A stretch of 62,876 nt of DNA, filler included, from Nemertoderma westbladi (lineage: Eukaryota; Animalia; Xenacoelomorpha), in NCBI GenBank assembly GCA_032718475.1. It is 3 parts of 3 records of this genome, joined end to end, with 100 filler letters (N's around TTAATTAATTAA, not from the genome) between each part and the next. Parts side by side here need not be neighbours in the genome. Positions count along the whole stretch, not along the records: positions 51,068 to 62,876 come from JAUCBJ010008992.1; 2 more parts are not named here. One strand, 5' to 3'. A program made the translations under genes and the position numbers. Below, in pieces: positions 54,010-62,876 of the stretch; within the stretch, counting starts at the first letter, position 1; every line of letters begins with the position of its first letter. Under the pieces are notes generated by a model. It was not told the DNA's origin, made no database searches, and saw only the letters and a program-made list of their open reading frames with translations.

Positions 54010-56450
54010 CCAAGAAACACATCGAGAATTGACTAGGAGGAAGTTACCGTTTACCTACCAGGAGGTAATGACAGCAGCATCGCACGGAGGGGTTACTAAT
54101 ACCCAGTGATACCTGGATAGGTGGTCGGAAGACAACAAAGCGGAGTTTAGAGATTTCCTGGGAGAGCATATACCCCGTGCGATGAGGATCATCATGTGGG
54201 ACGCCACCAGTGAAAACAAGAGGGACACTCGATGGGAGCACCAACGAAGCGTTATCGAGAGATTATAACGGTCAGGCCCACGGTAACCAACCACAGACAG
54301 GGATTAAGTGAGGCCATGGCGGCACATACGACCACAATCAAGAACAAGTGGGATGATAAAAAAGCGTCCAAGACAAGATGACGACAGAGGCAAAGAACTA
54401 TGGTGGTTACCAGAGGAGATGGGAGGAGGATTCTAGATTCGTTCTAGGTTCCCGATTACATCAGTATGCCTGGAAGGCATCATCAGAACTACAAACTAAT
54501 GCTTATAAGAACTCAAAAATCCCACCCTAAATATAATTAATCAAATTAATACGTAGTGCAATTAATCAGAAGTGCAATATATTACCTAGATTAGATAATA
54601 TAACCTCTATGTATGTACTATATAGTCAAACATAACCTTTCTCAATTAGTTACTGGGTTGGGCACTCAGTGACTGAAACAGGAGGGAGGATGAGACAACA
54701 AAAGGGGCTCACTTATATATAACATAATACATATGTGAGATAGTGAGAATCCGAAAGGAGTGTGAGACTGAGAGTATAAGGGGTTGGGTAAAAGGGGTGT
54801 GATGTTGAAATTTGAGGACTAGATGGAGGATGAAGTGTGCGAAATTCGGGAAACTGTGGGGAGCGAGCGGAAGTGAGGATGAGTCCTATGGGACTAATGA
54901 GATAGAGTAAGAAGTGATGAAATTATAGGACCGGTGGATCGGATCCAATGGTCGCTTGCACCATTCTTCTTCATAATTGTGGTTGACTATGTTCTACGCA
55001 TGTCCTTAGATCATCATAATGATGATGGCGTGATGATAACTCCACCTACTGGCTCCAGAAGTCGAGGAAATCCTGCCAAGTACCTAACTGATCTAGACTT
55101 TGCTGATGACTTAGGAGTACTCTCAGAATCATTAGAGGGAGCCCAACGCCTCCTCAGCTCATTAGAATATGCTGCTTCTAGTGTTGACCTTTTTATTAAC
55201 TCCAGAAAGACCAAATTTTGACAGTTAACTTTGAAAGTCCTCAGCAACTCTCTGATCAGATGAGCATAAGCTCAAAAAATGGTATGCTTGAGCAATGTGG
55301 ATGACTTCTGTTACCTGGGATCATGGATCCGGAAATCAGGTGAGGACCTTCGAATACGTAAGGGAAAGGTATGGGCAGCCTTGAATAGGCTTTCCAGGAT
55401 TTGGAAGTCACCAAGAATTAATCGGAAACTTAAGGTCCGATTATTTAGAGCAGCAGTAGTTCCAGTACTCCTCTATGGGAGTCCATGCGGGGCTCTAACT
55501 GCTGAGGACACCAAATCTCTGGATGGCACATTCACAAGAATGCTACGCCGGGTTCATTGTGTCAAGTACAATGCACACATCTCCAACCAGACACTATATA
55601 ACATTGGAGGTGTCTCATTGGTTCCCCCAAGCTTGACACTAGAACAAAATTGCCTCTGCTTTGCAGGACATTGCTTTCGCCGTGAGGACCAGCCAGTGCA
55701 TAATCTTGTACTTTGGCAGCCTCATGGAGTGAATAAGCATGGTGGACAGCCCATGACTTTCTTGAGACGCATCTTAAAGGACACTGGCCTTGAAGATGCG
55801 GATGATCTAGCAAATGTCATGGGTGATAGGGAATTGTGGCGGTACAATTTTGTCGATAAGCCAGCACAGCATTCTTAAAAATTCAGCTGCAATGCATCAT
55901 GCCGATCCTAGTAGTAGTATCCAATGGTACCCAATTTAAAATTGATTGAGGAGGAGGGGTGATCATCTAAATAGAGACGCCACATGCCTTGGTGCAACTT
56001 AGATCGCAGATTCACCAAGGATGGGTAGTGAAACCAGACCCAGTGGGGCCAGATTGGGAAACTGGCCCCTGACAAGATATTTCCACCGCACATCCATTAC
56101 TAGATTGGATTCCAGCAGAATGGAGTGCACGTATTGGTTGATGTTATCTTCTCACTGGAAAGATAGCATGGAGGGGAGTGTAAGCGGATCCATCCCACTA
56201 CATGCCAAAATACCGGGAGAATGTGGAAGTGGACTGATTTACGAATCAGTTCAGGTATGTAAGCAATATTGCATACCAGAGAATGTAGGAAGCAATGTTA
56301 GCCAGGAGATGGTTTAAGTACCCATCTCAGGGGAAAGGGGCTAATACAGGGTAAAGGGGACATGGGATTATAGGAGTGGAATAAGCCGACCAATGGGAGG
56401 ACCACAGCTGGTGGTAACAGAGAGTATCGATTGGTTGGCAGGTTTATGTG
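54010..56450 (-). mobile_element. Highly decayed CR1/L2-like LINE relic, interrupted by an RTE
   Basis: Faint RT-like remnants (TGGVPH, SLNSALLSSDHL) and endonuclease-like remnants (ICDL...DDH) across broken frames. Confidence 0.35.
54953..55918 (+). mobile_element. Second 5'-truncated copy of the 38.7-kb RTE family, frameshifted
   Basis: Near-identical to ~38793-39760, (TAG)n tail, 10-bp TSD ATCCAATGGT (54943-54952, 55919-55928). Confidence 0.93.
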
Positions 56451-56923
56451 TTGGGGCTGTGTAAAACATTCCCCCTAATTTTCCACATATATACTGTCAT
56501 CATTTGAGTACTGGTTCAGTTGGATATTTTGTTGGTGTAGTAGTTACATCGTTTTTCACGGTCACCCGCTATATTATGCTGTTATACCGATTGTGCTGTG
56601 TCATCTACTTATTAATATCAGAGACTCAATAACATCCACGTAGCAAGATCAGACTCTATTTTATTCTTTATTCAATCCAGCACTATAAGCCTTCAGTTAT
56701 TATAAGCGAGGCAATGCATAGGAGCTGCAACTACAATAAGAGATTTACCCCGGTCGGGATCCAAAGTGCCAACTCGGATCCCGTCACACACAACAACATT
56801 ACTTTGTTGACAGTTACATATTTTTCAGTTTATGAAATATTTCTTCAGAGTAAATACCGAAATTACAAAAGATAAGCTTCCCTAATAGATAACTGCACTA
56901 AGTAATGCTAATTAATTGATTAC

Positions 56924-57064
56924 CTTGGCATATCTGTGGATTAACAGTTGGTATGAAACCACGTTTACAATCACATTGGTAGCTTCCCACAATGTTTGTA
57001 CAATTTCCATTTGTAGTGGCACTTTCATTGCATCCGTGAGTACCAGCAGTGCACTCATCTTCAT
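56924..57064 (-). CDS. Calcium-binding EGF exon, copy 3
   Basis: 141 bp, open, all Cys and splice dinucleotides intact. Confidence 0.85.
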
Positions 57065-57720
57065 CTATTGATTATAATTTATAATAATGATTTATATTAT
57101 TGTGATGATAATTTATTAATATGAGCAGCGGGTGCTGAATAAAAAACCGTAAACTAATTACATAAAATATATCCTTGTAAATCCTATGTTTATTACATAA
57201 ATATATTGAAAACTACTTTGCAATCTTCGTTGAAAACTCTTTAAACAGCATTTCAGGTGTCAGTAAAACTACTTCGCAACCATGGCTTCCCACAATGTTT
57301 GTACAATTTCCATTTGTAGTTATTTGTAAATTAGGAAGAAAAACCTTACTGTCAGTTGGTAGGTATGTAAAAACAACACAAATCCTATTCATCAAATCAC
57401 AGATGCCACATGATCAATGGGTGCATACAACTATTATGTTCATGGTATTTATCATCACCAAAATATCATTCAAAAGATTTCTCAACTTGTTCCTAAAACT
57501 CATTAAACTACTTTGAAACAACACTTCAGCGCGAAATCCCATTAAAACATTTTTTATAACTTGGCTGAACTGAAAATTCACTACATCTACTTTTCATTGC
57601 AAAAATCTCATGAGAACTATTTTCGACCTTTTCTGAAACTTATTATAACTATTTCGCAACCATGGCTGAAAACATTTTAAACAACTTTTTTGTGCTAAGA
57701 AATGCTAATTAATTGATTAC

Positions 57721-57861
57721 CTTGGCATATCTGTGGATTAGCGGTTGATATGAAACCAGGTTTACAATCACATTGGTAGCTTCCCACAATGTTTATACAA
57801 TTTCCATTTGTAGTGGCACTTTCAATGCATCCATGAGTACCAGCAGTGCACTCATCTTCAT
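57721..57861 (-). CDS. Calcium-binding EGF exon, copy 4
   Basis: 141 bp, open; variant CINIV/FIST shared with copy 6. Confidence 0.85.
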
Positions 57862-58956
57862 CTATTGATTATAATTTATAATAATGATTTATATTATTGT
57901 GGTGATAATTTATTGAAATGAGTAGAGGGTGCTGAATAAAAATCCCTAAACTAATTACATAAAATATATCCATGTAAATCATATGTTTATTACATAAATA
58001 TATTGAAAACTACTTTGGAATCTTCGTTGAAAACTCTTTAAACAGCCTTTCAGGTGTCACTAAAACTACTTCGCAACCATGGCTTCCCACAATGTTTGTA
58101 CAATTTCCATTTGTAGTTATTTGTAAATCAGGAAGTAAAACCTTACTGTCAGTTGGTAGGTATGTAAAAACAACACAAATCATATCGATAAAATCACAGA
58201 TGCCACATGATCAATGGGTGCATACAACAAATCTGTTCATGGTATTTATCATCACTAAAATATCATTCAAAAGATTTCTCAACTTGTTCCTAAAACTCAT
58301 TAAACTACTTTGCAACAACATCATTGAATGAAAAAACGTTAAACAACATTTCAGCGTGAAATACCATTAAAATGTTTTTTAGAACTTGGCTGAACAGAAA
58401 ACTCACTACATCTACTTTTCATTGCAAAAATCTCATGAGAACTATTTTCGACCTTTTCTGAAACTTTTTATAACTACATCGCAACCATGGCTGAAAACAT
58501 TTTAAACAACTTTTCTGTGCTAAATTATCATTAAAACTACTTTCCAACATTGGTTGAAAAGTAATTATATACTTGACTTCAACGTAATATCGACTTTTCA
58601 ACCATGATGAATAAAATACATATTATATATTGGCCCTACAATGTCATGAAAGTAAACAGATTATATTAATACTATATATTACAGCAAATAAATTATCATA
58701 AGTATGACAATATACCACAAATGCTCAAAAACATATAGCCAATATAAGTAAAAGTAGACTATCAGCCAATCATTACAAAATATTATATTAACAATTACCG
58801 TCCTGACAAGCCTCTCTAACAACAATATTATATTATTGTCAGTTACATATTTTTCAGTTTATGAATTATTTCTTTAGAGTTAATACCACAATTACGAAAT
58901 ATAACCTTCTCCAATTGATAACTGCACTAAGTAATCCTAATTAAATAATTGATTAC

Positions 58957-59097
58957 CTTGGCATATCTGTGGATTAGTGGTTGGTATGAAACCAGGTTTA
59001 CAATCACATTGGTAGCTTCCCGCAATGTTTGTACAATTTCCATTTGTAGTGGCACTTTCAATGCATCCGTGAGTACCTGCAGTGCACTCATCTTCAT
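58957..59097 (-). CDS. Calcium-binding EGF exon, copy 5
   Basis: 141 bp, open; shares NIAGS, the ctacAG acceptor and flanking intron with copy 1. Confidence 0.87.
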
Positions 59098-59706
59098 CTG
59101 TAGATTAGAATTTGTAATAATGATTTTATATTATTGTGGTAATAATTTATTGCAATTAGCAGTGGGGACTTAATAAACACCGAAAAATAATTACTAATAT
59201 TATCCCAATATTCTCTATGTAAATATTATGCTGATATAAACTGAACCAATGACTTCAATCAGGTATAAAAGCTTGAGGTAGAAATCATTATTTAATTTAA
59301 TTAGTTATTTGTAAATCAGGAAGAAAAACCCTTACTGTCAGTTGGTAGGTATGTAAAACCAACACAAATCCTACTGATCAAATCACAGATGCCACATGAT
59401 CAATAGTTGCATACAACTAATATGTTAATGGTATTGATCATCACCAAAATATCATTCAAAAGATTTCTCAACTTGTTCCTAAAACTCATTAAACTACTTT
59501 GAAACAACACTTCAGCACGAAATCCCATTAAAACATTTTTTATAACTTGGCTGAACTGAAAATTCACTACATCTACTTTTCATTGCAAAAATCGCATGAG
59601 AACTATTTTCGACCTTTTCTGAAACTTATTATAACTACTTCGCAACCATGGCTGAAAACATTTTAAACAACTTTTTTGTGCTAAGAAATGCTAATTAATT
59701 GTTTAC

Positions 59707-59847
59707 CTTGGCATATCTGTGGATTAGCGGTTGATATGAAACCAGGTTTACAATCACATTGGTAGCTTCCCACAATGTTTATACAATTTCCATTTGTAGT
59801 GGCACTTTCAATGCATCCATGAGTACCAGCAGTGCACTCATCTTCAT
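59707..59847 (-). CDS. Calcium-binding EGF exon, copy 6
   Basis: 141 bp, open; donor GTAAAC. Confidence 0.85.
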
Positions 59848-60510
59848 CTATTGATTATAATTTATAATAATGGTTTATATTATTGTGGTGATAATTTATT
59901 GAAATGAGGAGAGGGTGCTGAATAAAAAACCATAAACTAATTACATAAAATATATCCATGTAAATCATATGTTTATTACATAAATATATTGAAAACTACT
60001 TTGCAATCTTCGTTGAAAACTCTTTAAACAGCCTTTCAGGTGTCACTAAAACTACTTCGCAACCATGGCATGGCTTCCCACAATGTTTGTACAATTTCGA
60101 TTTGTAGTTATTTGTAAATCAGGAAGTAAAACCTTACTGTCAGTTGGTAGGTATGTAAAAACAACACAAATCCAATTGATCAAATCACAGATGCCACATG
60201 ATCAATAGGTGCATACAACAAATCTGTTCATGGTATTTATCATCACTAAAATATCATTCAAAAGATTGCTCAACTTGTTCCTAAAACTCATTAAACTACT
60301 TTGCAACAACATCATTGAATGAAAAAACGTTAAATAACACTTCAGCACGAAATACCATTAAAATGTTTTTTAGAACTTGGCTGAACAGAAAACTCACTAC
60401 ATCTACTTTTCATTGCAAAAATCTCATGAGAACTATTTTCGACCTTTTCAGAAACTTTTTATAACTACATCGCAACCATGGCTGAAAACATTTTAAACAA
60501 CTTTTCTGTG

Positions 60511-62876
60511 CTACTACTACTACTAGGTCGAGCGAACTCGGACAGTGGAAATGAGATCCTTCCAGGCTTCCCGATTCTCCATAGTTGTCGCAATTTCGTT
60601 TCTCCCAAGTTCAGTATCCCTTTCAAGTTGATCTATATATGTTATGGCAGGTCGTCCACGACTACGCTTTCCATGAGTTGGTTGCCAGAGAAGTAGATCT
60701 GGTATGACCTCGTCTTTACTTCGCCAGCAGTGCCCACTGAATCTTAATCTGCGTTCACGGAGGGTGGTTGATACAGGTGGTATTGTACCATAAAGCTCGG
60801 CATTTGTCATGTGTTGTCTCCAGCTGATGTTTAGGGCTGCCCTTAGTAGTCTTGTGTAGCAACCATCAATTCGTTGTTCAAGTGATTTAGTCAGTGTCCA
60901 GGTCTCACCCCCGTATAAAAATACACTTTCCACTGTGGCTCGAAAGAACTTGGTCTTCAGGTGCCTGGAGAGATCTGATTTCCAGATGGTATCCATTTTT
61001 GATAGAGCTACCCAAGCCTTTGCTTTCCTAACTTCTATGTCCTTTTTGCTACTCTCTATCCATGATCCAAGGTACTGGAAGTCATCGACCTGCCTTAGTT
61101 GATTATTATCAATGGTTGTCAAGTTTCCATCAACATTAAAGGTCATGAATTCGGTCTTGGTAGCATTTATATGCAATCCAACCTCCTTAGCAGCCCTCTC
61201 CACTTTATTTTGTAGAAGCTGTGCATCTGCTAGCGTATTAGAGAGCAGGGCGATGTCATCCGCAAAGTCGGTGTCTGTGACTGTAGTTGCCGGATATCTA
61301 CTACTTCTGCGTTCTTGAAGTGTGAATCCCAGATCTTCACCCTTTGTGGCCGTCCTCATTGCGTAATCCAGCACAATTACAAATAGTAATGGTGCTAATG
61401 TGTCACCTTGCAGTACGCCAGCCAGGATTGAGAAAAACTCAGTTTCACCATCTGGTGAGAGTACCTGCGCTTCTGTGTCACAATATAGCAATCCAATGCC
61501 AGCAACAATTACTTCTGGTATTCCATAAGCTCTTAGGATTTCAAGCATTTTACCTCTATGGATGGAGTCGAATGCCTTCTTGAAGTCCACAAAAGTCATG
61601 ACTGCGGGGAGATTCTTTGACTTGATTCCTTCAATCAGTCTCCGTAGTGCAAGTATCTGAGCTATTGTTGATCTACTTGGTCGAAATCCGTTTTGGCTCT
61701 TACGCAGTAGTTTCTCTATGTGAGGCCTAATCCTATATAGAATCATTTTATTGTATATTTTGGCAGCTACCACAAGCAGACAGATCCCACGATAGTTTGT
61801 TGGTATGCCGAGGTCTCCTTTCTTGGGGAGAGGCTTTAGTTGACCTTTAGTCCAAATTGGTGGTGGCTTTTCCCCTTTTAACATCCGGTTGCAAACATTC
61901 AATAATGGTCTATTTAGCACTCCGGTTTTCCATACCTCCGCTGGGATTTCATCTAATCCACTCGCTTTATTATTGGACATGCTTTTAATGCTTCTTTGGA
62001 GTTCGGCAGGTGTGAAGTCCCCTGTTTCTATAGGTAGTGTCTTGTCATATATTTTCCTTGTAGGGCTGACCTCGATGTTTGGTGGCTGCCCAAGCAAGTT
62101 GCTGAAGTGATTTTTCCACTTCCCAACACGTTCTTCAGGACTATCGGCTTTGAGGCGCCCCTTTGCACAACTTTTCCGACCAGATACCTCATTTACAGTT
62201 TGCCAGGTAAGTCTTGATTGTTGCTGTATGTGAGCAGTTGTAATTGCTTCAGTTTTATCCTTATGTACTTTTCCTGGCTGATGTTGTAGGCCAATTTAAG
62301 ATCGTCCTTAGCTTTCTCAACCTTGTTAATGTTTTCGGTTGTTGGTTGTTCGGTTTTAACTTTGTAGGCTATCTTAAGATCTTCTCTCTTACAAGTAACC
62401 TCAGAGTTTTGCCATGGCACATACTGTTTTCGTTTAGGTTTCTGGGGGATATGCCTCTTAGCTGATTCCTTGTGGGCTGTTATTATATTCTGGTATATTG
62501 AATCGGTGGATTGGTCTTCATCCATTGACTGAAGTGCTTCAAAGCGGTTTTGAACTTCTACTGTATAAGCATCCTTTACAGCATTGTCAGTTCTGAGTTT
62601 CTCCCAGTCATAGTTGATTTGCTTGCTTGTCCTGGGTTTGCTGGCTCTCAAACTGAGTCTGATCTCTGCAGTCACAATTCTGTGGTCCGAACCAATTAGG
62701 TTGAACGAGCTGTATGTCTCGCAGTTGATCATGCTATTTCTCCACTTTTTGTTTATAAGGATGTAATCCAGTTGTGCTTTGGTTCCATTAGGGTATTGAA
62801 AGGTCCATAGCTTCCCCTTACTCTTTTCGAATGTGTTGTTTGTTGGTATCAATTCACATTCTTCCATTAGGTCTAA
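60511..62876 (-). mobile_element. RTE-clade LINE (second family): AP-endonuclease C-terminus plus RT, one frameshift near 62260; runs off the window end
   Basis: QLDYIL..SDH endonuclease motifs; YRGICLL, QNGFRP, FVDFKKAFDSI, GVLQGDTLAP, DFADD and RGRP motifs. (TAG)5 tail begins at the stop codon. Confidence 0.96.

Noticed and set aside
56580-56798. Solo LTR (TGTT...AACA with an internal polyA signal)
   Set aside because: No TSD and no second copy or internal retroviral sequence in the window.
57213-60696. Repeated short ORFs (MFVQFPFVV..., MITLAYLW...)
   Set aside because: By-products of the duplicated units. The coding signal is the minus-strand cbEGF exon.

Overview
AT-rich, intron-containing animal (probably invertebrate) genomic DNA with two 100-bp scaffold gaps. 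Genes: (i) a minus-strand Rab3 split over four recognisable coding exons (4176-10665) whose P-loop exon I cannot find in the window; (ii) a complete axonemal dynein heavy chain DNAH3 encoded as one uninterrupted 12,189-bp ORF (17863-30051, minus); (iii) six near-identical, in-phase calcium-binding EGF exons in tandemly duplicated exon+intron units (52770-59847, minus); (iv) a weaker candidate plus-strand orphan gene at 32.9-34.3 kb. Non-coding: a three-unit ~1.7-kb tandem array of tRNA-Lys(UUU) plus a G-rich tetramer-phased satellite, RTE and CR1 LINEs, a hAT element with a nested piggyBac, Harbinger-type MITEs, SINE heads and minisatellites. The most notable signal is a ~2-kb non-coding element inserted in the A-box of the third tRNA-Lys gene with a TAGCTCA duplication. 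A diverged relative follows the same nucleotide of a second tRNA 5' fragment in every unit, which points to a tRNA-targeting (Dada-like or unclassified) DNA transposon family. All calls were made by eye, with no database searches.
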